Virus record (IMG/VR): IMGVR_UViG_3300045157_000010
Direction: 5' to 3' (one strand)
Length of the DNA: 64,000 nucleotides
DNA from: a virus
In this document: one piece after another, positions 16,778 to 24,932 of the stretch
How positions within the stretch are numbered: position 1 is the first letter of the stretch
Layout of the letters: every line of letters begins with the position of its first letter
Position numbers and translations under genes: made by a program
The notes under the pieces: generated by a model
The model's input: only the letters and a program-made list of their open reading frames with translations
What the model was told of the DNA's origin: nothing
The model's database searches: none

Positions 16778-17174
16778 GGTGGTTCCTTTCGGCGTAGTCA
16801 GCGGCAGCGAGCCACCTCATGCCGATACGTCGGGCCTCCGACGCGGTGACAGACTCGGCGGTTTCCCCGTCGTAGGCCGGGTGGACCATACTGCCCCCGG
16901 TCTTAGGGAAGACAGCAAGGGACGTCTCCGGCCCGGCGTCCTCCCACACGTCCGGGGTTTCGTAGTCGTCGCCGTAGTCCGCCTCCCACGTCTCACGGTG
17001 GTCTGCGATCCACTGGGGATCATCGCGTGCCAGGTCCGGCTCCGGCAGGTCGGGCATAAGTAGTCCGGCGTCCGCGAGGGCCTGGGCCACCTTTGGTGGC
17101 GTCATGTGCATCTTCACGTACTCGTCCGCATAGGTCTCGTTGATCACGAATGTTGCGCGGGCAATGTTGGTCAT
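16770..17174 (-). CDS. Hypothetical protein (paralog of 5102-5374)
   Basis: GLLMPDLPEP and LAAADYAE motifs; AAGGAG RBS. Confidence 0.65.
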   Translation of the reverse strand: MTNIARATFVINETYADEYVKMHMTPPKVAQALADAGLLMPDLPEPDLARDDPQWIADHRETWEADYGDDYETPDVWEDAGPETSLAVFPKTGGSMVHPAYDGETAESVTASEARRIGMRWLAAADYAERNHHE

Positions 17175-17244
17175 GGTTTCTCCTTCTCGTTTCCTGCGAT
17201 GATCAGCACTGTCACCAGCCCGTAGGCCAGCAGTAGGCCCACGA

Positions 17245-17481
17245 TCAAGCGCCGTGCTTCTCCACGAATCGGGCGATGCCCTGCGCGTCAGCGCCAGAGA
17301 ATGAGTCATCCTCGCTGAACACGATGGGTGCCTGGGTGAATCCCTGCGCCTTGATGCGTTCGAGCGCGTCCGGGTTCTTAGTGATGTCCACCTCTGTGAA
17401 TGTCACGTTGCGCTTCTTGAACTGCCCCTTGACGATGTTGCAGTGCGGGCAGTTAGGCTTGCTGTAGACGGTGACGGTCAA
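17245..17481 (-). CDS. nrdH: NrdH-like redoxin
   Basis: TVYSKPNCPHC, GFTQAP, FSG. Confidence 0.9.
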   Translation of the reverse strand: MTVTVYSKPNCPHCNIVKGQFKKRNVTFTEVDITKNPDALERIKAQGFTQAPIVFSEDDSFSGADAQGIARFVEKHGA

Positions 17482-17516
17482 GTGGTTCTCCTTTACTGTG
17501 GTTGGTTACTTACTTG

Positions 17517-17936
17517 TCAGAACGGGACGGAATCTCCGGCATCAAATCCCCCTCCCTGATGCGCGCTTGCCCCACCGCCGAAGCTGCTCTGCCCCGCACG
17601 CGGAACCGGCAGAGTCACACGCTCCGCCAGCAGATCCCAGGAGTCCCGCTCCTCACCCTGATTGCTGGTGTAGGTGGTGTGCTCGATAGATCCGGTCACA
17701 TCCACCCGGTCACCACCGTTCAGTGCCGTAACGTCCTTCGCATCGAACCCGAGGACGGTCACGCGGACGAACTTCGTCGGCCCGTTCTCGTACTCCCCGG
17801 TCTGCCGGTTCTTCTTGCTGGTGCCCCACATGACGGTGAAGGAGGCGTATTCCTTGCCGGCGTTGCTGGTCTTCAGTTCGACGCCCTTGTCGGTGATTCG
17901 GGCGTTTCGGATGGTGAGCTGGTCGCCGTATGCCAT
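17517..17936 (-). CDS. ssb: Single-stranded DNA-binding protein
   Basis: OB-fold pattern, GDRVDVTGSI, Gly-rich linker, acidic C-terminal DSVPF. Confidence 0.85.
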   Translation of the reverse strand: MAYGDQLTIRNARITDKGVELKTSNAGKEYASFTVMWGTSKKNRQTGEYENGPTKFVRVTVLGFDAKDVTALNGGDRVDVTGSIEHTTYTSNQGEERDSWDLLAERVTLPVPRAGQSSFGGGASAHQGGGFDAGDSVPF

Positions 17937-18061
17937 GTTGTGTGTCTCGTTTCTGCCCTTTCGGGCGTAAGGCGCTCAGACCGATTCTGAGCGCATGAAT
18001 AACCGCGTGGCATAAGTTGCTCACGCGGCGTGTAAAACTCTCTCAGCGGGACGCTCAGACG
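17937..18061 (-). ncRNA. Structured 5' leader of ssb (three hairpins)
   Basis: CCGCGTG/CACGCGG, GCGCTCAGA/TCTGAGCGC, GCCC-GAAA-GGGC; no SD before ATG. Confidence 0.45.
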
Positions 18062-18418
18062 CTATTCCAGCGCGATACGCTCCCCACCAACAATGTCCCC
18101 AATGCGACGATCCCGATTCTCCCTCGCCGCAAGCCGCCGACGCTCCAACTCCGGCAGCTTCGACGGGTCCGACTCCCACCGCCGCAACACCGCCTCCGCA
18201 GCCTCCTTCAAATCCTGCGGTGTCGCCTTCCCCCACTTCGCCCGATTCAACGACCACCAGGTGACAGCCTCCGGCCAAACCTCAACCGGAACATTCACCT
18301 GCGACAGTGCCTCACCCCATGCCTGCGCGGTCACGGCCGACGGTGGGGGGAACTTGTCCGGCACCAGTGCGGTGCCCTTCTCCAGGACGTGCGCAGCAAG
18401 GCGCGTCCAATCCGTCAA
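18062..18418 (-). CDS. Hypothetical protein, possible helicase loader/inhibitor
   Basis: Position downstream of rep; TTG start; function inferred from context only. Confidence 0.5.
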   Translation of the reverse strand: MTDWTRLAAHVLEKGTALVPDKFPPPSAVTAQAWGEALSQVNVPVEVWPEAVTWWSLNRAKWGKATPQDLKEAAEAVLRRWESDPSKLPELERRRLAARENRDRRIGDIVGGERIALE

Positions 18419-18846
18419 TCCTCGATCACCTCCGGGGCGGAGATGAGACGGCGGACGAGGCGGTACTCGCGGACGGCGTGCTTCGGTGTCCACCACCACA
18501 CCTGGTCATTTTCCGCATACCAGCGGGTGCTGCGCCATTCCATCGGTGCCCATTCCTCGTCTCCGACAATCCGGGTTTCCCGTCGCCACTCCTCGCGCAT
18601 CCCGGCGATGGTCTGCGCGAGGTCCGGGGCAGCGGCGGCGAGCGATCCGTCTTCCGTGGTGTGTGGGCCAGATTCGAAGACTGACACATTTCCGACGGGA
18701 TTGCCCTGCTCGTCACAGAAGGGCTGCTCGGTGACTATCCCGCAGGGAACCTGCTTCCGAGTCTCGTCCTCGTAGTGCACTGCGTGCCACGGTCCGGGTG
18801 TTGAACCGCTGAGCAGCTCCCGTGCCTCTTCTGGGGTAACAGTCAT
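18415..18846 (-). CDS. Hypothetical protein (TPGPW-type phage protein)
   Basis: AGGAGG RBS; TPGPW motif. Confidence 0.65.
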   Translation of the reverse strand: MTVTPEEARELLSGSTPGPWHAVHYEDETRKQVPCGIVTEQPFCDEQGNPVGNVSVFESGPHTTEDGSLAAAAPDLAQTIAGMREEWRRETRIVGDEEWAPMEWRSTRWYAENDQVWWWTPKHAVREYRLVRRLISAPEVIED

Positions 18847-18854
18847 TCTTCCTC

Positions 18855-19625
18855 CTATGTAAGTTCTCTCAAAACTTCCGCATCAACAACCGCAGGGGCA
18901 TCCACCACATCCAGCCACGACGACGGGGCAGCGACAGGCACCACCTCATCCTCATACCGGCCAGCAGACAACCACCCCTCCGGGTTTTTGATGTACCTCG
19001 ACTCCGTTCCGCGCACCGACTCGGCGTAAGCCTCAGCCGCGACAGCGATCACGTCAGGGTCGGTCGATTTCACCGCCTCACGCCAGCGTCTCAGAGCCGC
19101 CTTCTTCCCCGTCTTCTTCGGGTACGCCCTCCAGAACGTCTCGAACTCATCGGGGTACGCGCTAGTGTTCTCTCTAGTCTTCTCCTTAGTATTGTTTCTA
19201 GTCTTCTTATGTGGCTCAATATTTGAACAGTTTGTGCTCAAATTTTGAACACTTGCCTGCTCAATATTTGAACACCCCGTGCTCAATTCTTGAACACCAT
19301 CCGACCGTTGCTCACTATTTGCGCAACGGGAAGTGGAGTGAACAATGTACTCCACCGTCCCGAACTTCCCGTCCCCGATCCTGCCCTGGATTCGCTCCAC
19401 ATATCCGGCTTCGATCAGATCGTTGATAGCCGACATGATCGTGTTCCGTGAACGCCCCAACGCTTCCGCGATGGTGGACGTGTTCAGCTGCCACCCGGTG
19501 CGGTGCGAGCGCATGTACAAGTACACTGCCTTAGCCCGGTCGGTCAGGCTAGGGTCACGCATCAGCGTGTTCGATACAAGGGTGAAGTCATCCTCCGGCC
19601 CCGGCCCCTGCGTCACTCTGGTCAA
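18855..19625 (-). CDS. Replication initiator protein
   Basis: FTLVSN..MRD..L..AKAVY winged HTH; FETFWRAYPKKTGK C-domain; internal iterons. Confidence 0.85.
   Translation of the reverse strand: MTRVTQGPGPEDDFTLVSNTLMRDPSLTDRAKAVYLYMRSHRTGWQLNTSTIAEALGRSRNTIMSAINDLIEAGYVERIQGRIGDGKFGTVEYIVHSTSRCANSEQRSDGVQELSTGCSNIEQASVQNLSTNCSNIEPHKKTRNNTKEKTRENTSAYPDEFETFWRAYPKKTGKKAALRRWREAVKSTDPDVIAVAAEAYAESVRGTESRYIKNPEGWLSAGRYEDEVVPVAAPSSWLDVVDAPAVVDAEVLRELT
19213..19325 (+). repeat. Five iterons, putative replication origin inside rep
   Basis: GCTCAAT/ATTTGAACA-type 16-mers at 19214, 19236, 19259, 19281, 19310; AT-rich tract at 19170-19210. Confidence 0.8.
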
Positions 19626-20043
19626 CTACCTTCGCCCCCTTTCTGCTATTGCAGGACCTACACAGCGTCTGGAGATTCGACATCTCATTCGACCCTCCCT
19701 TACTGACTGGATAGATGTGGTCCACGCACAGATCCTCTCGCGATCCGCAGGTAACGCATGCGTACCCGTCTGCCGCAAAAACTGCCAGGCTCTTCCTTGC
19801 AGACATGGGCTTCCTGCGGTTTCGGCTTTTGGTGGTCACATAGCGTCGAATCAATCCGGCGTTATCGAAAGCCTTCCTAATCTCTTCGAGGACATAGCCT
19901 CCGTGACCGTCTCCCCATGTCCATAGCCACGGGCACTGGTCGGCTATCTCGGCTGCGAGATCCTCTAGCTTTTCCACTTGGTCTTGTTCGTATTGAAGCT
20001 GCTTGATTCTCATGTCATCAGGATCTAAGTAATCTCCTGGCAC
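19588..20043 (-). CDS. HNH endonuclease
   Basis: CVTCG..VDHIYPVSKGGSNEMSNLQTLCRSCNSRK. Confidence 0.9.
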   Translation of the reverse strand: MPGDYLDPDDMRIKQLQYEQDQVEKLEDLAAEIADQCPWLWTWGDGHGGYVLEEIRKAFDNAGLIRRYVTTKSRNRRKPMSARKSLAVFAADGYACVTCGSREDLCVDHIYPVSKGGSNEMSNLQTLCRSCNSRKGAKVVDQSDAGAGAGG

Positions 20044-20390
20044 TCTTTCTCCACCTCCGTCATTGAACCGTCCTCATGCAAAAGCACCCACCGGCCCCGG
20101 CGCAACACCGGCTCATCCTCCGGATAATCAAACCCATGCACAATCCACCCATTGCGATACGACTCCGCAGGGTGCCCGTGGATGTATCCGTGACAGTCCG
20201 AGCAGATCCCGATCCCATTCACCACCACATGCTCACCGCCCTGCGACCGAAGCTGCCGATGATGCCAATGCTCAGCCACACCACCGCACACCCCCGGAAT
20301 CAGCGCCTCGCACGCCGGCCACCCCGCCATGTCCTCAGCGCGTTCCATGACAGCCCGATACACGCCCTCAGGCATCCGTGTTTTACCCAT
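20025..20390 (-). CDS. HNH endonuclease
   Basis: CEA..C...HWHHRQLRSQGG..N.IGICSDCH. Confidence 0.8.
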   Translation of the reverse strand: MGKTRMPEGVYRAVMERAEDMAGWPACEALIPGVCGGVAEHWHHRQLRSQGGEHVVVNGIGICSDCHGYIHGHPAESYRNGWIVHGFDYPEDEPVLRRGRWVLLHEDGSMTEVEKECQEIT

Positions 20391-20610
20391 CGTCCCCCTC
20401 GCGTAGAAGCCAGAACAACCGGCCCTCCAACTGCCGTGCGGGACGAACCCACACCGCGCTACCCATCGGCTCAGCCGACCGCCACGACCGCTCATGCCGG
20501 ATCAGAATCTCCTCACTGTCCGGGTCCATGATCGCCGCACCCCGGAACAGTCTGCGGTCCAGCTCCTCGGTGAACTTGACTAGCTGCCACTCACGTTTTC
20601 CAGTTCCCAT
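20383..20610 (-). CDS. Hypothetical protein
   Basis: Coupled in operon. Confidence 0.5.
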   Translation of the reverse strand: MGTGKREWQLVKFTEELDRRLFRGAAIMDPDSEEILIRHERSWRSAEPMGSAVWVRPARQLEGRLFWLLREGDDG

Positions 20611-20858
20611 GTCGCCAACCTTCCATGCTCTGCCGCGTCATCCACGACGTGCTGCAACACCTCCACCATCAGGCCGACCTTCGCCGCCTTAATCACCACA
20701 TGCTCCGGCCTCCCACCGTCCGTGACCTGACTGAAGATCAGATCACCCTGCGGGGTCGCGGACATTGATGTCGAGTCGATCACCGCACCTCGGCGGAAAG
20801 CCCGCCAGTAAGCCTTCTGGAGGTGCTTAGTAACCCCTCCGACGTAGATCCTGCTCAT
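20580..20858 (-). CDS. Hypothetical protein
   Basis: AGGAG RBS, ATG 20858. Confidence 0.55.
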   Translation of the reverse strand: MSRIYVGGVTKHLQKAYWRAFRRGAVIDSTSMSATPQGDLIFSQVTDGGRPEHVVIKAAKVGLMVEVLQHVVDDAAEHGRLATWELENVSGS

Positions 20859-20862
20859 GCTC

Positions 20863-21210
20863 CTACCTTCCGGCGTTCCCATACGCCTGTCTCACCGAAG
20901 CGCCCAAAGACTGGTAAGTCCTAACCTCCAAATCAAGGGCCTTACTCTGCCGATCCGCATACTTGTAAGCCGCCTCCGCAACGTCCCGCGCCTCACGCTC
21001 CGCAGCAGTAGCCAGCTCAACCTTCGCCTCACGCTCCTTCACCGGCCCCTCAGCCTCCAGATACGCACGCGCCTGAGCCTGATCGAACACACGATCCGCC
21101 TCCAGGAACACCGCATACCTGTCCGACGTGATGCGGATACCCCGAGAAATGCGGGTCACCAGCTCCGTCAGGTGGGCCTCGATCTGCACCGGATTCAGCG
21201 GCTCATCCAT
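20863..21210 (-). CDS. Hypothetical helical protein of the recombination module
   Basis: AGGAGG RBS; follows the annealing protein. Confidence 0.7.
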   Translation of the reverse strand: MDEPLNPVQIEAHLTELVTRISRGIRITSDRYAVFLEADRVFDQAQARAYLEAEGPVKEREAKVELATAAEREARDVAEAAYKYADRQSKALDLEVRTYQSLGASVRQAYGNAGR

Positions 21211-21219
21211 CCGAACCTC

Positions 21220-21741
21220 CTACGCGGGCACCGCGCCCGTAGCGGCAAGCGCCTGAATCGCCTTCTTCTTCACACTCAGATCCTGCAAGAACTCCCGGTC
21301 GATACCCTCCGCATGAAGCTCGTTGTAGATCCCATTCAGATCATCCTCGGTCTGCGCGGCCTTGATCCGCTGCCGGACCTCCTCGCCCTTCACCTTCACC
21401 ATTTCCTCGCGGGTGGTGCGCTTCGTACCGGACAGTCCAGCGTTTGCCAGCGCTCGTCCGACCGCCGACGTTTCGCAGTTCTCTAGCGCGCTCGTCTTGT
21501 TCGCGCCACCACCGCCGTCAATCTCGAAAGCGTGTCCTTCCCCAGCGGGGCGGGCTTCGATGTCCGACGTGCGGAACACTGATGCCTTCACCTCCCACCG
21601 GATACGGTGCGGGTCGTCCTTAGTGGGCACCTCGTCCTTGCTTAGCCGGACGGTTTCGATCCTGCCGTCAGGGTAGGTGCGGTAGAACCGCTGGATACGC
21701 TGGTCTACTGTCTCGTACTCGTTAAGGTCGAACCTTGCCAT
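21220..21741 (-). CDS. Putative single-strand annealing protein (Sak/Rad52-like)
   Basis: ALENCETSAVGRAL motif; adjacent to exonuclease. Confidence 0.6.
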   Translation of the reverse strand: MARFDLNEYETVDQRIQRFYRTYPDGRIETVRLSKDEVPTKDDPHRIRWEVKASVFRTSDIEARPAGEGHAFEIDGGGGANKTSALENCETSAVGRALANAGLSGTKRTTREEMVKVKGEEVRQRIKAAQTEDDLNGIYNELHAEGIDREFLQDLSVKKKAIQALAATGAVPA

Positions 21742-22674
21742 TTACTCCTCCTTTAGGGTCACCTTCACGGTCGGTGCCCCGTCTTTCTCCAGTCGGTACT
21801 TTTCGATCAGTGCGGGATCGTCCGCGTTGTCCGCTTCCCACGCCTTGCGGTCGAACGTCACCGAGCGTCGGCCCGGTGACACCTCGACAACCGCGTTGGG
21901 GTAGTCAGTGCGCGACGGCCGCTCACCGACCAGCGCGAGCAGATCAGCGGCAGCGGCCTTGCGTGCTTCCTCCAGTTGCCGGCCAATCCTGCGGTGTTCC
22001 GCGATTTCCGCTTCGATCTCGCCCAGGCGTTGTGCTGCGGCTTGTGTTTCAAAGTCGGCGCTGTCGCCGGTTCGTAGGTCGGGGGGTGTCCAGTCGAGGA
22101 ACCGGCGTGCGGTTGCCTGTAGTTCGGCGATCAGTTCCTCGTCGCGGCGAACCATGCAGTGACGTAGTGGGCGTAGATCCGCCCACCCGTCCTCGTCTGA
22201 CCAGTCCTCCCAAGAAAATAGCGCCTCGGTAGCGCCGGTCACGGCGAGTTGCCACTGGACCTGTACGACGTATTGCGGTTTGTCTTTCCGCACGTCCGAC
22301 CAGTCAACCCACGCATCCGAATCGTCATGAATCAGGTGGGTTTTGATCTCCCCCACCATCGAACCATCCGCAGTCATCATGTCCGGCGTCGCACCAAACC
22401 GAGGCTCGTCCTCGGACACGACCAGCCGGTCGTTGTGCAGTAGCTCCGGGCGGTTCGCGGTGATAGCCGCAGCGATCACCGGCTCCCGGTTCTTACCGTG
22501 CTGCGTCCATCGGTTGTTGAACTTCCTCGGCGGGTTGTGCTTCTCCTTCCATAGGGACATGAACACGGCCTCCGACCCACTGCGGATCTTCGCCACGTCC
22601 GTGGCCGTCACAACCTTCTGTCGCTGCTGAAGCCACTCGGCCTCGCCGGTGTTCGGCAGGATGATGAACCCCAC
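21742..22674 (-). CDS. YqaJ/lambda-exonuclease-like recombinase
   Basis: EWLQQR..VTATD, GATPD..GEIKT, YVVQVQWQL. Confidence 0.9.
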   Translation of the reverse strand: MGFIILPNTGEAEWLQQRQKVVTATDVAKIRSGSEAVFMSLWKEKHNPPRKFNNRWTQHGKNREPVIAAAITANRPELLHNDRLVVSEDEPRFGATPDMMTADGSMVGEIKTHLIHDDSDAWVDWSDVRKDKPQYVVQVQWQLAVTGATEALFSWEDWSDEDGWADLRPLRHCMVRRDEELIAELQATARRFLDWTPPDLRTGDSADFETQAAAQRLGEIEAEIAEHRRIGRQLEEARKAAAADLLALVGERPSRTDYPNAVVEVSPGRRSVTFDRKAWEADNADDPALIEKYRLEKDGAPTVKVTLKEE

Positions 22675-22873
22675 TAGGCCACCACCTCGAACGGGATTGG
22701 CTCATCAACCGGGAACTCCCACGAATCAACAATCAGATCACTCACCAGCAAGCACCTCCACCTGCGGCGAACCATCCAGCAGCTCACCAACGGCGAACAA
22801 CAGCGTCACCAGCAACGCAACCAAAACGAACAACATCAGGGCCTCCTCAGACCACACCACGTACACTCAGCAC

Positions 22874-23131
22874 ATGGACTGGAAAACAGAACAACTAGCC
22901 CCCAACCTCTTCCGCTTCACCAACACCAGCGGACACAAACTCGTCATGGTCGGCTTCTCCCCCATCGGCGGAACCACCGTCAACATCAAGGGATCAGAAG
23001 ACCCCTCGGCACTCTCCGGACCGCTTAACCCAGGCGAATCCTTTGAAGCGTCGGTGGTTGGTGGCACAGCCGTGCTGCATTGCAGCGGCCCAACGGGGCG
23101 TCGTACCGGTCTCCCCGTCGTAGCGTCCTAA
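22874..23131 (+). CDS. Inverted small protein (85 aa), probably leaderless
   Basis: TACACT -10 six nt before ATG; protein-like beta-rich sequence; opposite strand to operon. Confidence 0.6.
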   Translation: MDWKTEQLAPNLFRFTNTSGHKLVMVGFSPIGGTTVNIKGSEDPSALSGPLNPGESFEASVVGGTAVLHCSGPTGRRTGLPVVAS

Positions 23132-23246
23132 CCAGATTGAACTCGGCGTCCCACTCTGTGACATGCCCGTCAGGGCGAACTAGGACGTGGTGACCATTCC
23201 CGAGAACCACGTCAACACTGTCGTCGTTCAACTCAACCTCAACCAT
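23025..23246 (-). CDS. Hypothetical protein overlapping the inverted gene convergently
   Basis: GAGGAGG RBS; 3' 107 nt overlap with the plus-strand gene. Confidence 0.45.
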   Translation of the reverse strand: MVEVELNDDSVDVVLGNGHHVLVRPDGHVTEWDAEFNLVRTLRRGDRYDAPLGRCNAARLCHQPPTLQRIRLG

Positions 23247-23255
23247 CAGGCCTCC

Positions 23256-23474
23256 TCAGACCATGCAGTACTTCACTGCCTCATCAATCGGAATACGAAT
23301 CCGCTTCCCATCCATCTCCGTCGAAGACCGGATCTCACCCGCATCAACACGCCGGCGAACCGTCTTCTCACACAACCCCGACACCCTCGCCATCTGCGCG
23401 ACAGTCAGAACCATCGGACGATGCTTCGTCTCCAGTGCGAACCAGATCAGCTCGTAAGCCTCACGCCGCGTCAT
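23256..23474 (-). CDS. Excisionase-like HTH protein
   Basis: LTVAQMARVSGLCEKTVRRRVDAGEI..RIRIP. Confidence 0.7.
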   Translation of the reverse strand: MTRREAYELIWFALETKHRPMVLTVAQMARVSGLCEKTVRRRVDAGEIRSSTEMDGKRIRIPIDEAVKYCMV

Positions 23475-23557
23475 GCCACCAACCGCCTGACAGTCGGGGC
23501 CACCACGCATCATCTTGCGCAGTAGGGGAAACACCACTAACATCAGAAGTGCCCTCC

Positions 23558-23785
23558 TCAGGCAGCGACCAGAACACGATCCTCCTCCTCCATCGTCATA
23601 GGCCGCATACCAAAACGCTCCATCTCCGCATGCACACCATCCAGCCGGTGAGCAAGCGCCCGCGCCTCGTTCGACCACGTACAACCCAGGAACAGTTCGC
23701 CCCGGGCCTCCAACTTCTCCAGCTCCGCCATCAGACGAAGCTCCATCGCCCGAAGGCGCATCTCGCACATCACCGAGGAAGTCAC
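23558..23785 (-). CDS. Hypothetical protein
   Basis: Coupled to the antirepressor stop. Confidence 0.55.
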   Translation of the reverse strand: MTSSVMCEMRLRAMELRLMAELEKLEARGELFLGCTWSNEARALAHRLDGVHAEMERFGMRPMTMEEEDRVLVAA

Positions 23786-24543
23786 GCCGCAACCCCCATC
23801 TTCCGTGCGATCATGTCCACGCCGGACGCCTTCACCTTCACGTTGTGCTGCAATTTCTCATCTCCGTAACTCGTCTTGTAGACGTAGGGGGTCACCTTGA
23901 AGTGCTGCGCGTAGCGCTGCCGTGGGGTGTTCTTGTTCTCCGGTGCCCGGTTCAGCACCTCTAGCTCACGCAGTGTGCGTAGCATCGTGTTCCTGCCGAC
24001 CCCGAGGATCTGTGCGACGCGCTGGAACGGCATCGCGCCGTCGGAGTCGAGGAACTGGTCGTACTTGTCGGCCTTCGGCTTGACGATCTCCAGTTCCCGT
24101 TCGGCTTGTTCCTTCGCCTCGTAGGTGTCTGCGAGTGCTCGGAGTGCTTCGCCGTAGTTCTGGGGGATCGTGAGCGTGTTCTGCTGCTGCTGGATGATCT
24201 CGGCTTCGCGGGTTTTGACTGCGAAGTAGGTCAGTGCGGCGGCGACTTCGGGCTTTCGTGGGTCGCCGGTCATGGCGACGAGGTACGCGGCGTAGCGGGT
24301 GAGGCGGTAGTTCTGCCGGGGCCGGCCACCAGACTTTTCAACCTTGGGGTCGAAAAGCCTGTTCAGGTCCATGTTCTGTGCTTCTGCGGCCGCCTTCGCT
24401 CGATCCACAGACTGATCGAACTTGACCCAGTTCGTGTAGCCCAGCAGTGGCATGAGGTCTCGTGCTGACCAGAACTCTCCACCCTGGTCGTCAACCTGCT
24501 TCACGTGATCGAACGGAGAACCGTTCTTCATGATGTTGCTCAC
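23782..24543 (-). CDS. Phage antirepressor (Bro-N/DinD-like N domain plus KilA-C/ANT C domain)
   Basis: [14 protein letters not shown]; [23 protein letters not shown]. Confidence 0.85.
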   Translation of the reverse strand: MSNIMKNGSPFDHVKQVDDQGGEFWSARDLMPLLGYTNWVKFDQSVDRAKAAAEAQNMDLNRLFDPKVEKSGGRPRQNYRLTRYAAYLVAMTGDPRKPEVAAALTYFAVKTREAEIIQQQQNTLTIPQNYGEALRALADTYEAKEQAERELEIVKPKADKYDQFLDSDGAMPFQRVAQILGVGRNTMLRTLRELEVLNRAPENKNTPRQRYAQHFKVTPYVYKTSYGDEKLQHNVKVKASGVDMIARKMGVAA

Positions 24544-24704
24544 GCCGCAACCTCCACGCCCTCGCGCTGCATCAAGCCACGCACCAGACGCTCACTCTCG
24601 GCTACGATGCACGCCGACTCTGAATCCCCTTCCGCTACTGCCTTCGCCAGCCGGCTCTGTGCGGCATTCAGCAGGTAGTACAGTGCTTCAGCTTTCAGGT
24701 CCAT
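24540..24704 (-). CDS. Small protein upstream of the antirepressor (54 aa)
   Basis: GGAGGAG-7nt-ATG; coupled to ant. Confidence 0.6.
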   Translation of the reverse strand: MDLKAEALYYLLNAAQSRLAKAVAEGDSESACIVAESERLVRGLMQREGVEVAA

Positions 24705-24821
24705 AACGGATCTCCTCCATATCAGTGCGTCTCCATGCGCACAGCGGGAAGGAACAACAGATGTTGCCCCTCTCTGGTAAGGAGTGAGACAGTGAAGAAG
24801 CGGCGCAAGTAGCGCCCTCCC

Positions 24822-24860
24822 CAACGGCCCCAGCCTGATACTTCCAGGCTGGGGCCGTTG
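24822..24860. other. Perfect 16-bp hairpin in the early leader
   Basis: CAACGGCCCCAGCCTG-7nt-CAGGCTGGGGCCGTTG; outer 9-bp helix 24784-24792/24863-24871; no U tract. Confidence 0.8.
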
Positions 24861-24870
24861 CTCTGTCTCA

Positions 24871-24932
24871 CAGTGTCTTGTGGTGGACTCGAACCACCAG
24901 CCCTCCTCAGGACCGCACCATGCCAAGACTGC
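24871..24932 (-). ncRNA. Minimal tRNA-like cloverleaf with canonical T arm
   Basis: GTCTTG/CAAGAC; GCA-TGG-TGC; GGTCC-TGAGGA-GGGCT; GGTGG-TTCGAGT-CCACC. Confidence 0.6.

Larger units (their letters stand above)
22834..23263 (+). repeat. 20/21-nt direct repeats flanking a ~410-bp cassette
   Basis: catcagggcctcctcagacca (22834-22854) vs catcaggcctcctcagacca (23244-23263). Confidence 0.75.

Noticed and set aside
19213-19325. CRISPR-like mini-array
   Set aside because: Spacers are only 6-13 nt, the repeats are in a coding region, and there are no cas genes; iteron pattern
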